A DNA stretch of 64,000 bases from an uncultured cyanobacterium (lineage in GTDB: Bacteria; Cyanobacteriota; Cyanobacteriia; Cyanobacteriales; Nostocaceae): NCBI GenBank assembly GCA_963706595.1, contig OY970166.1, positions 4,000,001-4,064,000 of the forward strand, given 5' to 3'. This document shows, in pieces, positions 9,947-22,547 of the stretch. The notes under the pieces were generated by a model. That model did not search any database, was not told where the DNA came from, and worked only from the letters and a program-made list of their open reading frames with translations. Within the stretch, counting starts at the first letter, position 1. The number at the start of each line of letters is the position of its first letter. The position numbers were made by a program, and so were the translations under genes.

Positions 9947-11571
9947 TATGAATTATTCACTTTTGCCCCAAAGTGCTGAATGAGTAAATCCCGCAGCACT
10001 GGCTGTAAATCTTCGCAGGGGATGCCTTTTTGTACGCAATTGCCTAAATGCGCGTCTTTGCCAACTGTGCCACCCATATATATGTCTACGCCTTCTACAG
10101 CTTTGCCATCTTTACGGGCTTTGGTTCCCATCAAGCCGATGTCTGCAACTTGAGGCTGTCCACAGGAATTAGGGCAACCAGTCCAGTGAATTCGCACGGG
10201 ACGAGTCAGGGTTAACTCAGATGCTAAGGCTTGAGCCATTTCCAAGGCGCGGTTTTTGGTTTCAATGAGGGCAAAGTTACAAAACTGTGCGCCTGTACAA
10301 GAAACAAGCGATCGCGTTAACATATCTGGATTAACTGCAAACCTCTGTAGTAGTGGCTCTGTTAAAAATATTGCCAAACGCGAGTCAGGAATATTAGGAA
10401 TGATGATGTTTTGCTCAACTGTAAACCGCACCTCTCCACTGGCGTAAACCTCTGCTAAATTAGCAATTTCAAACATATCTTGGGCATACAGGCGACCCAC
10501 AGGAATATTTAAACCTACGTAGTTTAATCCTGGTTGTTTTTGTTTATATACCCCAATGTGGTCGCGTTTTTCCCAGTTGATTTCGTCTTTAGCAGCTGCG
10601 GGTGACAGTGTTTTACCCAAACGCGTTTCTACTTCAGCACGAAATTTTTCTATCCCCCATTCATCAAGTAGCCACATTAAGCGAGACTTGAGACGGTTAG
10701 CGCGTAAACCGTTGTCACGATAAACTTCTAAAACTGCTCTACATACGGCTACTACATCCTCTGGAGAGACCCAAACATTGAGAGGAATCGCCGCTTCACA
10801 GCGTTTGGCTGAGAAAAAGCCACCCACAAGAATGTTAAAACCGAAGATTTTTTGAGCAGTCGGAGAAGATTCTTCTGGTTTTTCACCACTCCCCACTCCC
10901 CACTCCCCACTCCCCACTCCCCACTCCCCACTCCCCTCTTTAAAAGCTGGAACGAAGGCTAAATCGTTGATTTCTGCGTGAACTGAATTGTCACGACCAC
11001 CGGCGATCGCAATATTAAATTTTCGTGGTAAATTGCTAAACTCTGGGTTTCCTTGCCCTTTATTGGTCAGCATATCTTGAATTTGCTGCACCACTTCCCT
11101 GGTGTCAAATAACTCATCCGCATCTAACCCAGCGACCGGATCGCCTGTGATATTACGGACATTATCCATCCCAGATTGGACGCTGGTTAAACCAACAGAG
11201 TCAAATTTAGCAAAGATATCAGGTAAATCTTCAATTCTAATGCCCCGCAGTTGAATATTCTGTCTGGTAGTAATATCAGCACTACCATCATCTCCGTAAC
11301 GCTGTAATACTGACGCTAAAACACGTAACTGATGGCTAGTGAGAACACCGTTAGGTATCCGCATCCGCATCATAAACTTACCTGGAGTGACTGGGCGAAA
11401 AAATACCCCCACCCACTTGAGGCGATGGTCGCGGTCGTTTATGTCCATTGCTTCCCAACCGAGAGAAGCAAATTGTTCTATTTCTTCCTTAACAGCCAGC
11501 CCATCTTTCTCGGCTTTGAGTTTCTCAAATTTATTGAGGTTGGTTTTGGTAGTAGTTACTGTATCTGTCAT
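9946..11571 (-). CDS. nirA: Ferredoxin-nitrite reductase (siroheme, 4Fe-4S)
   Basis: ITTRQNIQLRG, NLPRKF, SCTGAQFC...GCPNSC siroheme/Fe-S ligands. Confidence 0.97.
   Translation of the reverse strand: MTDTVTTTKTNLNKFEKLKAEKDGLAVKEEIEQFASLGWEAMDINDRDHRLKWVGVFFRPVTPGKFMMRMRIPNGVLTSHQLRVLASVLQRYGDDGSADITTRQNIQLRGIRIEDLPDIFAKFDSVGLTSVQSGMDNVRNITGDPVAGLDADELFDTREVVQQIQDMLTNKGQGNPEFSNLPRKFNIAIAGGRDNSVHAEINDLAFVPAFKEGSGEWGVGSGEWGVGSGEKPEESSPTAQKIFGFNILVGGFFSAKRCEAAIPLNVWVSPEDVVAVCRAVLEVYRDNGLRANRLKSRLMWLLDEWGIEKFRAEVETRLGKTLSPAAAKDEINWEKRDHIGVYKQKQPGLNYVGLNIPVGRLYAQDMFEIANLAEVYASGEVRFTVEQNIIIPNIPDSRLAIFLTEPLLQRFAVNPDMLTRSLVSCTGAQFCNFALIETKNRALEMAQALASELTLTRPVRIHWTGCPNSCGQPQVADIGLMGTKARKDGKAVEGVDIYMGGTVGKDAHLGNCVQKGIPCEDLQPVLRDLLIQHFGAKVNNS
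10886..10936. repeat. STRR-type (CCCCACT)x6+ array inside nirA, in frame
   Basis: Encodes [18 protein letters not shown]. Confidence 0.9.
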
Positions 11572-11882
11572 AAACTGACTCTCATTGCTGCTAATCCAGC
11601 GAAAACTTTGGACACTAGTGGCCCAATATCAATTAACCCTTAGTCTTTTAATTGCTGGGTCTACGAAGTTGAGTGTTTAACACGTATATCTGTTTGTGGC
11701 TAATTTCTCGTAATCCAGAGCCTGACCTAGTGACTCATCTGCTACTTAATCACAGACAAGATGCACAAGTTTATTGAGTGAACTCAAATTGTAGTTAGTT
11801 GGGAAACGGTTGTAATCTTTTGCATTTAGGAATTTGTCAAGCAGGTTTGGTTACTGTTTATGTAACAATTTCGATACTCATC

Positions 11883-11924
11883 AGGTTAAGGTGAGATTAT
11901 AGTTAAAATCGTATAAATTGTTAC
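11883..11924 (-). promoter_or_regulatory. Class II NtcA-activated nir operon promoter (NtcA box 11911-11924, -10 TAACCT 11883-11888)
   Basis: Minus strand reads GTAACAATTTATAC (GTA-N8-TAC), then exactly 22 nt, then TAACCT (TAN3T). Confidence 0.9.
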
Positions 11925-11961
11925 GGTTTTTTGAATAAATTGTATAAAGCGGATGAGTTTG

Positions 11962-11976
11962 ATGCAATTTCTGCAT
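11962..11976. promoter_or_regulatory. NtcB (LysR) binding site
   Basis: ATGCAATTTCTGCAT = AT-N11-AT with 5-bp inverted arms, centred about 93 nt upstream of the inferred nirA start site. Confidence 0.8.
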
Positions 11977-12234
11977 TAAAGTCTTTTTTCTTGAAAAAAT
12001 AAACGTTGATACACCCCGCCTGCATTCATATACTTAAATCACCAAATAGGCAGCAAGTGCTGATTGCTGTGAGTTTTGGTAACAACAAGTCTTGAGCATA
12101 AGTCGGTTTTATCAGCGTTTATCTATGTTAATCATTGATTTTTTCGACTCTTATCACGTCAATACATATTAAAAAATTATTAAAAAGTTGAATAATATGA
12201 CATTATCTATAAATAGGTATTATTTCTTAGTAAT

Positions 12235-13923
12235 ATGATGGCAGATCAATTTCCCTGGCTAACCGCGATTGTCCTGCTACCATTCATTGCTGCTCTGGTT
12301 ATCCCTGTGCTACCCGATAAAGACGGCAAGTTGGTACGATGGTATGCCCTGGGCGTGGGAGTTGTAGACTTAATCTTGATGTGTTACGCCTTTTGGCACC
12401 ATTACGATGCCAGCAATGCTATTTTTCAACTAGAAGAAAATTATAGCTGGATGCCTCAACTAGGTCTAAATTGGGCAGTTGCTGTGGATGGGTTATCAGT
12501 TCCCTTTGTACTTTTAGCCGGACTGGTGACGACACTGGCGATTTTTTCAGCTTGGCAAGTTGACCGCCGACCCAAACTGTTCTATTTCCTGATGCTAGTG
12601 CTGTACTCGGCGCAGGTAGGCGTATTTGTCGCCAAAGACTTGCTGCTATTTTTCATTATGTGGGAAGTAGAGCTAATTCCCGTATACCTACTGATCTGCA
12701 TTTGGGGCGGGCAGAAACGTCGTTACGCCGCTACCAAATTTTTGATCTATACGGCTGCGGCTTCTATATTTATTCTAGTAGCAGCATTGGCAATGGGGCT
12801 TTACGGTGGTGGTAATGTCAGTTTTGATTTGGTTGATTTGGGACTGAAGGATTACCCCCTAAATTTAGAACTGCTGCTATATGCAGGATTGCTGATTGCC
12901 TTTGGGGTCAAGTTGGCTGTGTTTCCGATGCACACTTGGTTGCCCGATGCTCACGGTGAGGCTTCTTCCCCCGTATCGATGATTCTTGCAGGTGTATTGC
13001 TAAAGATGGGCGGATACGGATTAATTCGCCTGAATTTAGGAATTCTTTCGGATGCACATATTTACTTTGCACCGGTTTTAGCGATTCTGGGGGTTGTCAA
13101 CATTATCTATGGTGCTTTGAACTCCTTCGCCCAAGGAAATATGAAGCGTCGGCTGGCTTATTCGTCGATTTCTCACATGGGATTTGTACTACTGGGTATT
13201 GCGTCCTTCACTGATTTGGGCATTAGCGGCGCAATGTTGCAAATGATTTCTCACGGTTTAATCGCGTCGGTGCTGTTCTTCTTGGCAGGTGTGACTTACG
13301 ATCGCACTCGTACAATGATCATGGATGATCTAGGCGGTCTTGGTCAGGTAATGCCGAAAGTATTTGCATTATTTACAATCAGCGCCATGGCTTCCCTGGC
13401 TCTTCCTGGTATGAGTGGCTTTGTGGGCGAACTTGCGGTTTTTGTGGGCATAACTACCAGCGATGTCTATAGTTCAGCCTTTTCCATTGTGACGGTTTTC
13501 CTCGCCGCAGTGGGAGTTATTCTCACTCCAATTTATCTGCTCAATTTGCTGCGTCAGGTCTTTTACGGTAGTAGTGCAGCCTTGATGTGTGACGTTAATA
13601 ATGCAGCTTTCGAGAATCAGGAGGACGAAGGAACAGCTTGTTTTGGTACTGACTGTCTGCTACCCGAACAGACCATTTATACCGATGCCAAACCGCGTGA
13701 AGTGTTCATTGCTGCCTGTTTTTTAGTGCTGATTATCGGTATTGGGTTTTATCCCAAGCTGGCTATGCAAATGTATGATGTCAAGACTGTGGCGGTAAAT
13801 GCTCAGGTACGTCAATCTCTGATGACTATTTCCCAAACAAATCCCCACGTCTATGCTCAAGGTTTATTAGTTCCTAATATCCCATCTGCGGAAGTTGCGC
13901 CTGTTTTGGGAGTTGTTAAGTAA
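12235..13923 (+). CDS. ndhD: NDH-1 subunit 4 (NdhD1/D2 type, probably NdhD2-like)
   Basis: [19 protein letters not shown] and AYSSISHMG motifs; C-terminal ACFGTDC-containing extension. Confidence 0.9.
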   Translation: MMADQFPWLTAIVLLPFIAALVIPVLPDKDGKLVRWYALGVGVVDLILMCYAFWHHYDASNAIFQLEENYSWMPQLGLNWAVAVDGLSVPFVLLAGLVTTLAIFSAWQVDRRPKLFYFLMLVLYSAQVGVFVAKDLLLFFIMWEVELIPVYLLICIWGGQKRRYAATKFLIYTAAASIFILVAALAMGLYGGGNVSFDLVDLGLKDYPLNLELLLYAGLLIAFGVKLAVFPMHTWLPDAHGEASSPVSMILAGVLLKMGGYGLIRLNLGILSDAHIYFAPVLAILGVVNIIYGALNSFAQGNMKRRLAYSSISHMGFVLLGIASFTDLGISGAMLQMISHGLIASVLFFLAGVTYDRTRTMIMDDLGGLGQVMPKVFALFTISAMASLALPGMSGFVGELAVFVGITTSDVYSSAFSIVTVFLAAVGVILTPIYLLNLLRQVFYGSSAALMCDVNNAAFENQEDEGTACFGTDCLLPEQTIYTDAKPREVFIAACFLVLIIGIGFYPKLAMQMYDVKTVAVNAQVRQSLMTISQTNPHVYAQGLLVPNIPSAEVAPVLGVVK

Positions 13924-13979
13924 TTTTGTTGACCTGTTAAGATAATGGTCAATAAGTATTACAGAGAATTTCTAGAACT

Positions 13980-14390
13980 ATGAAACGTCGTGATTTCATT
14001 AATTGGGTAGGTTTGGGTGCAATAATTAGTAGCTTACCTGTAGCGATCGCGGCTTGTTCTGACCAAACAATTACATCTGACGATTGGCAAACTGTGGGGA
14101 CTGTGGCAGAGTTAGATAAAGATGGTCAATTCTCATTCAAAAATTTGCCATCTGTCAATGTTTTAGTAGTCGGTACATCGAAAAGCGAAAATCTCATTGC
14201 TGTTAACCCTACTTGTACTCACTCTGGTTGCACCGTGACATGGAACACTGAAGGCAATAAATTTAACTGTCCTTGTCATGGTGCAGAATATGGCAGTGAT
14301 GGTCAGGTGCAAAAAGGCCCGGCTACAAAACCACTCAAAACTTACACTGCCAAAATTGAGAATAATTCTGTTTTAGTTAAACAAAATTAG
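13980..14390 (+). CDS. Small Tat/lipoprotein Rieske 2Fe-2S protein (PetC-like paralog)
   Basis: MKRRDF Tat motif, lipobox IAAC, CTHSGC...CPCHG Rieske boxes. Confidence 0.88.
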   Translation: MKRRDFINWVGLGAIISSLPVAIAACSDQTITSDDWQTVGTVAELDKDGQFSFKNLPSVNVLVVGTSKSENLIAVNPTCTHSGCTVTWNTEGNKFNCPCHGAEYGSDGQVQKGPATKPLKTYTAKIENNSVLVKQN

Positions 14391-14415
14391 TCCTCCCCAC
14401 TTCCTATTTACAAGC

Positions 14416-15729
14416 ATGGTGAATCATATCAACCAGCTTTTAGTCCAAGCACAAGCCGCATCAGATGCAGCCGATTGGTCATTACTAACTCAATATTTAC
14501 AACAATTGATGCTGAAACTAGATTCTACACACCCAGAAGTAGATCAAAATCGGCAGTGTGTGCTGAAATTAGCACTCTCAATTTTAGAAATGGGAGATTT
14601 TCAGCAACGTTGGGATATTGCTAAAGTGTTGCGGCAACTGGGAAATATTGCTATCCCCCCATTGATTGATATTCTCTCAGATGAAGATGCGGCAGAAGAT
14701 TTACGTTGGTATGCAGTTCGCACTTTGGGGGAGTTTCAACACCCAGATGCCATAATCTCTGTCGTTGATTTGCTGAAAACCAGCGAAAATCAAGAACTCA
14801 AAGCGATGGCGGCTTCAGCTTTAGGGCAAATGGGGACTGCGGCCATTACGGCACTGACTGCACTTTTGGCTGCGGAAGAAACAAGACTTGTAGCAGTGCG
14901 ATCGCTTGCTTATATTCGCACTCAGGAGACCATTACACCTTTATTGAGTGTTGTCGAAGATTCGCAAGCCGCAGTCCGCAGCGCCACCCTAGAAGCCCTC
15001 AGTAGCTTTCATGACCAACGTGTACCACCAGTCCTCTTAAATGCTTTAGATGACGTTTCTGCCACTGTCAGACGTGCAGCAGTACAGGGTTTAGGTTTTC
15101 GCCCTGACTTATGTACAGAATTAGATTTAGTAACAAGATTGCAACCCAGATTATCCGATTCTAATCTTGAGGTTTGTTGTGCAGCTGCGATCGCTCTTTC
15201 CCGCATGGGTACTGATGCGGCGGCGCAGCATTTATTTGAGGTGTTAATTTCAGCGAATACACCACTGAAGCTGCAATTAGAAATTATTCGTGCTTTAGTC
15301 TGGGTGGAAACTTTATCTGGCTTGGCATATTTGCAAGAATTATTTAAACATACCACATCCGAGATTCTTTGGCAAGAAATTAGCACCGTTTTGGGGCAAG
15401 TGCAGAAGCCGCAGTTAATGAAACCAGCCGCCGAAATTTTGTTAACTGTTTTGCAGTCACCGCAACTCGTGACAGTGGCAAATCCTTGGGGGGCTAGGAT
15501 TAAAAGTGCGATCGCTCTGGGCTTGGGGCAGTTAGAAAATAATCAGGCTGTTGAAGCTTTGATTTTATTGTTGGCAGATGAGAATCAAATTGTCAAATTA
15601 AATGCGATCGCGGCACTAAAAAAGCTGGATAAAGAAGCCGCATATCAACAATTACAGCAATTAGCCCATAATTCCAAACTCACACCAGATTTGCAACAAG
15701 GAGTAGCGATCGCGCTGGCGGAATGGTAG
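14416..15729 (+). CDS. nirB: HEAT/PBS-lyase repeat protein, NirB-like nitrite reductase maturation factor
   Basis: Repeated VR..A..AL HEAT motifs; divergent from nirA next to a Rieske gene, as in other Nostocales. Confidence 0.75.
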   Translation: MVNHINQLLVQAQAASDAADWSLLTQYLQQLMLKLDSTHPEVDQNRQCVLKLALSILEMGDFQQRWDIAKVLRQLGNIAIPPLIDILSDEDAAEDLRWYAVRTLGEFQHPDAIISVVDLLKTSENQELKAMAASALGQMGTAAITALTALLAAEETRLVAVRSLAYIRTQETITPLLSVVEDSQAAVRSATLEALSSFHDQRVPPVLLNALDDVSATVRRAAVQGLGFRPDLCTELDLVTRLQPRLSDSNLEVCCAAAIALSRMGTDAAAQHLFEVLISANTPLKLQLEIIRALVWVETLSGLAYLQELFKHTTSEILWQEISTVLGQVQKPQLMKPAAEILLTVLQSPQLVTVANPWGARIKSAIALGLGQLENNQAVEALILLLADENQIVKLNAIAALKKLDKEAAYQQLQQLAHNSKLTPDLQQGVAIALAEW

Positions 15730-15740
15730 TGTTTTGAAAA

Positions 15741-15774
15741 AAATCTCCCCCGGTTAAAAACAGAGGGGAGATTT
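15741..15774 (+). terminator. Hairpin after nirB, probable terminator
   Basis: aaatctcccc...ggggagattt 10-bp inverted repeat. Confidence 0.5.
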
Positions 15775-16155
15775 ACAGTTAAAGTTCGTCAGGTGATCGG
15801 AATAGCTATTTATTTAGTATTAATCACCACTACTTTAATTCCTCCTAAAGATAGATAAATCTGATTTCAAGATGGTTGGGCATTCTGAAACTGATGCTAC
15901 ACAATAGTTTCAACCATAAATCTGCGAACCACCACCCGAACCCGTGCAATTAGGTGGTGCGATCGCCGCCGGCGGACGCTTTGCGCCATCGCTGGTTCTA
16001 TCCTTATTTTTACTACCCAGAACCCAGTATTTTTAACAAGACTTATGTCTACGTAGGGATATGCTAACTGATGTTGAGATGTTACAGTTTTAATATCGCC
16101 AAATTTTGTGAAATCATAAGCACAAAATGCCAATTTTGGCAATATTTAGTAAGGA

Positions 16156-16926
16156 GTGAATGTGAATAGGACTTTTCTTGTCTCTGACACGCTACGCAAA
16201 CGCAACGGTTTGTTTTACTTGCCCAGTTTAGCTGCCCTGGCAGTCTTAAGTACTGGTTTGTCTGCTGTTGCCCAAACAGTAGATACTCAAATGGTAGCTG
16301 AGTCTGCTGTAAATGCAACATCTTCTGATGCCATTAATTTACAGCAATTTCCCAGCGCTAATCCCCAGGAAGTGGCAAATCGAACACTCACACCTGTACC
16401 AGGAACAGCCTTAACTTCATCAGCAGGCCTGATTTCTGAATCAAAACCGACGGCTCAATTTCCTTCTACTCAGGTAGCACAAGCTGATATTGATCTTGGT
16501 AGACCTACTCGTGGCGGTAGAAGCTATATCGGTGTTGCTGGTAACATTGGTATAGGTGGTGGTGACTCATCTTTAGGTGATGGCAATTTTGCAGTTATTA
16601 GTAAAGTGGGACTGACAAATAGCATATCGGTCAGACCGTCAGCTGTATTTGGCAACAACACCACAATCCTACTTCCGATTACTTACGACTTCAACTTGCA
16701 GCAGGCAGATCCATTTGAAGAACCCCTAGCGATCGCGCCCTATGTTGGAGTAGGTGCAGCTATTAAAACTGGTAGTGATTCCAGCACTGCCTTGTTAGTA
16801 TCTGGTGGTATAGATTTTCCTCTAAATCCTCAATTCACGGCCACAGCTTCCATCAATGCCGGATTTTTTGACCAGACTGATGTCGGTTTGTTGTTAGGAG
16901 TTGGTTACAATTTCACCGGTTTCTAA
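16156..16926 (+). CDS. Outer-membrane beta-barrel protein
   Basis: Signal peptide, low-complexity linker, amphipathic beta strands ending GVGYNF. Confidence 0.75.
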   Translation: MNVNRTFLVSDTLRKRNGLFYLPSLAALAVLSTGLSAVAQTVDTQMVAESAVNATSSDAINLQQFPSANPQEVANRTLTPVPGTALTSSAGLISESKPTAQFPSTQVAQADIDLGRPTRGGRSYIGVAGNIGIGGGDSSLGDGNFAVISKVGLTNSISVRPSAVFGNNTTILLPITYDFNLQQADPFEEPLAIAPYVGVGAAIKTGSDSSTALLVSGGIDFPLNPQFTATASINAGFFDQTDVGLLLGVGYNFTGF

Positions 16927-17260
16927 CTACATAATCTGAAACATAAAAGGCAAAAGTAATATTAGCTTTTGCCTTTTGCCTTTTGTAACTTTCAAATTTC
17001 TTAATTTTTAATCAACCTAAACAAATTCTAGAAGTGAGATAATAGTTATATTCTTGACATCGTGAGTATCACTTAAAAATACATAGTTTTCTATCTTGAT
17101 GTCATGCCTAAATTCTGCAATAATATGCCAAACTTAGCTATTACAGATGAACAACCACAGATCAATTTCTAGGTGGGGATATGAGCTTGATTTTTGCAGT
17201 AATTATTTTAGTTTGTATAATAACAAATAAATCTTTAATCAAAATCTAGCATTTATATAT

Positions 17261-17866
17261 ATGAATAAACCTGATAAGTCATCTGCTCACATCACACATA
17301 TTATCGTGGAAAAGCAAAAAGAAGCAGAACTGATGCATGATGTGCTTCTATTGCTGCAAAATTTGATTTCTAGAGAAGTAACTACTATCAAGCTAGTCTT
17401 GGATTCTCTCTATGATGTCGGCTCAACTAACCTGATTAACCACAAGTTTCGTTCTCGGACTCTCAATAGAGGTTTGAAACTAATTTCCCGGACATCCAAG
17501 CCAGTATTTAGAATTTTGGCTTGGCGCTGGTTTCAAAAGAATGGTTCTCAATTAATTACTAAATGGCTGCAAAGCCAGGTGACTTTCAAAAGCACAGAAC
17601 AACCAAAAGCAGCGAAAGCAGAATTGGTGCTAGAAAATCCCGAAATCAACCTGAATTATCCTCCCAAGCCTCAGTATCAGCTTCATGAAGTCAAGCATCT
17701 TCGTTCCCAAGTGACATTGCTCACTGGTATTTTGGCCGGAGTTGTGACAGTGTTCGGTGGTAGTTTTGTCTGGTTAGGTTATTCCCTAGAGCGATCGCAT
17801 CTGCAAACAATTGTCGAATTACAAACTCAGGTGAAAACTCTCGAAGCTAGCGTCAATAAGCCATAG
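17261..17866 (+). CDS. Hypothetical protein with C-terminal TM helix and coiled coil
   Basis: 201-aa ORF with coding-like composition. Confidence 0.7.
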   Translation: MNKPDKSSAHITHIIVEKQKEAELMHDVLLLLQNLISREVTTIKLVLDSLYDVGSTNLINHKFRSRTLNRGLKLISRTSKPVFRILAWRWFQKNGSQLITKWLQSQVTFKSTEQPKAAKAELVLENPEINLNYPPKPQYQLHEVKHLRSQVTLLTGILAGVVTVFGGSFVWLGYSLERSHLQTIVELQTQVKTLEASVNKP

Positions 17867-17904
17867 CCCACCTTTGTGGGCTGTGTAGCATAGTTCGGGA
17901 ACTT

Positions 17905-19188
17905 CTATTGAGGACTAGGATTAACTTTGTCAATCACCTGAATTTTGCCATCTGCTTCTACAGTCCAAACATCGTAGACACCGACAACATCACCGTTAGC
18001 ATCAACATCAACATTACCGCTTGCGCCTTGATAGTTAATGTCTTGACCCTCTCGCAGTAATTTCAGCCCCTCGCAGACATCAGTAACTTCTGTACCAGGT
18101 TCATTAGCAACTTCACGGATTTTGTTAGAAATACCAACACCTGTGTTTTCCTGCGCCGCTTGTGCTGCAAGTACCAACAAAGCCGCAGCATCCCAAGCTT
18201 GGGGAGCGTATTCCCCTGGAGAACTGCCTTTTTTCGCTTGCCACAGCTTGTTAAAATCTGCTAACGCTTTGCCATCAGAACCGGGTACTGTACCCACCGC
18301 CCCAGCTAAGAGATATTTCCCATCAGCGCTTTTGCCTACTTGATCAGGAAAGGTGGGTGCTTTGACTCCATCTGTGAGCATAATTTGCACACCATCAGTT
18401 AAACCTTGTTGGTAAGCAGTTTTCAGGAGGAGACTGCCTGTTTCAGCATAAAGAACGGCTATGACTGCATCTGGTTTTCCCGCAAAAGCAGCAGCAGCTT
18501 CGGTATCAAATGTTTGGGCTTTAGGATCATAGCGCACAGGCTGATCTTTATTAATTACGGTTCCACCCAATTTTTCAAAAGTTTCTACAAAGGCTTTTTC
18601 AAACCCTACCCCATAGTCGTTATTAATCACAACTGTGGAAACTCGCTTGAAGCCTTTTTGATTAGCTAGTTGAGCTAATGCTAATGCTTGGTAGGTATCA
18701 GGAGGAGCAGTTCGCGCCCAAAAACTTTTAAAGTCTCCTTTTTGGGCTTTTTCTGTAAACACTGGACTGGTACTACCAGGAGAAATCATCATTACTTGGT
18801 TAGGGACAGCCACTGAGACAGCAGCAGTAGAAACGCTACTTGCAAAGGAACCAACTACACCAGCAACTTTATCCAGAGTTGCCAATTTGGTCATCCCCGC
18901 CGCACCTGCTCTAGGGTCGGTTTGGTCGTCTACTTCTACGAGGGTGACTGGTTGCCCATTCACACCTTCGCAAGCGTTCACAGTCTCCACTAGCAAGGGA
19001 ACTGAGCCTGACATTTGCTGTCCAATGGCAGCCAAATCACCGGTTGCTGGCAGTAAAGAACCAATTTTCAAGCCTTGACTACTATCGGTTGCGGTATTGG
19101 TGTTCTCAGCATTTTCGCAAGCTCCCAAAAGGAAACCCGTTGCTAAGGTAGCTATACTTAAGGCTAAAGCAGTATTAATTTTTGGCAT
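17905..19188 (-). CDS. Branched-chain/neutral amino-acid ABC substrate-binding lipoprotein (NatB-like)
   Basis: Lipobox LGAC; LivJ-family motifs (VDDQTDP, ISPGSTSP, NNDYG). Confidence 0.85.
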   Translation of the reverse strand: MPKINTALALSIATLATGFLLGACENAENTNTATDSSQGLKIGSLLPATGDLAAIGQQMSGSVPLLVETVNACEGVNGQPVTLVEVDDQTDPRAGAAGMTKLATLDKVAGVVGSFASSVSTAAVSVAVPNQVMMISPGSTSPVFTEKAQKGDFKSFWARTAPPDTYQALALAQLANQKGFKRVSTVVINNDYGVGFEKAFVETFEKLGGTVINKDQPVRYDPKAQTFDTEAAAAFAGKPDAVIAVLYAETGSLLLKTAYQQGLTDGVQIMLTDGVKAPTFPDQVGKSADGKYLLAGAVGTVPGSDGKALADFNKLWQAKKGSSPGEYAPQAWDAAALLVLAAQAAQENTGVGISNKIREVANEPGTEVTDVCEGLKLLREGQDINYQGASGNVDVDANGDVVGVYDVWTVEADGKIQVIDKVNPSPQ

Positions 19189-19415
19189 AGTTTACTTTCA
19201 CTCCTCAGATATTTAGGAGCCTCAAAGTAAGATTCAAACTAGGCTTTTAGGTTAGCCCAATCTTAACAGGCTCTAAAGGATAAATAATAGCATCTACCCA
19301 CAGGAGTAAAACTTTTTACCAATACATCAAGATTTATTGGTTTGTTTTCTATTAATTTACCTAGTCCTACCTAAGCTTGAGCTATGGGTAAAGACTAGGT
19401 TTAAATAACTAAAAA

Positions 19416-19507
19416 CGGAGAGGGAGGGATTCGAACCCTCGGTACGGAGTTACCTGCCGTACAACAGATTAGCAATCTGTCGCTTTCGACCACTCAGCCA
19501 CCTCTCC
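19416..19507 (-). tRNA. tRNA-Ser(GCT)
   Basis: GGAGAGG/CCTCTCC acceptor stem, ACAGA-TTGCTAA-TCTGT anticodon arm, long variable arm, TTCGAAT T loop. Confidence 0.97.
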
Positions 19508-19715
19508 AGGTGGTCTACAGATAATAACGTTAGCAGACTTTTTGGAGTTAGTCAAGTCTGGGTGAGCAAATAATTCGTAATTCGTAATTAATAGACAGAG
19601 CTACTTCGTTTATCAATGGATAAAACAGAAATGCAGTCAATTTTTTAGATTTTCCTGAATTTATTTATGGTGTGCAGAACTTACGAATTACGAATTATTC
19701 TGACTACTGGCCTGA

Positions 19716-22071
<2,356 letters not shown>

Positions 22072-22116
22072 TTAAACTTACTGCCTTTCAATATTTTTTA
22101 TCCTTTTGTCGTTCTC

Positions 22117-22141
22117 ATTATACGTTGCAATCCGTTACATT
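22117..22141 (-). promoter_or_regulatory. Putative crtP promoter: -10 TATAAT with adjacent HLR1/RpaB-like direct repeat
   Basis: GTTGCAAT-CC-GTTACATT (22124-22141) abutting minus-strand TATAAT (22117-22122). Confidence 0.5.
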
Positions 22142-22547
22142 TGGCAGGGGTTGTGCGATCGCTTCTGCAAAAACTGCCCTCAAAAGCAATTTTACTGCGA
22201 TTTGCAAACGAAAGCAGAGCGCCAGCATCACTACCACTCAAGGACACAAAGATTCGTAAGTTATATCCTAATTCTTGGAAAAAAGTCTCAAATATCCCGG
22301 AGTATACGTTAATTTATTTAATTTATTTGTTAAACTTTTACATGAATTTTGACGTGGTGCTAACATACAAAATTTTTATTGCCATCCATACCCTCCACCA
22401 AGAAAATATTTTTTCTCAATGCAGATGAGTTCGAGAATCAGCACTCACAAAATGTCCCCAAATCATCAGTAGGTAGTCACGAGCTATGACGTTGACCAGC
22501 AAAATTACATCTAACTGCGGCAAATCATCCGACTGATTGCTCAAAAG

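Noticed and set aside
11862..11877. Second NtcA site GTAACAATTTCGATAC
   Set aside because: The spacing is GTA-N10-TAC rather than N8, although it mirrors 10 bp of the real box.
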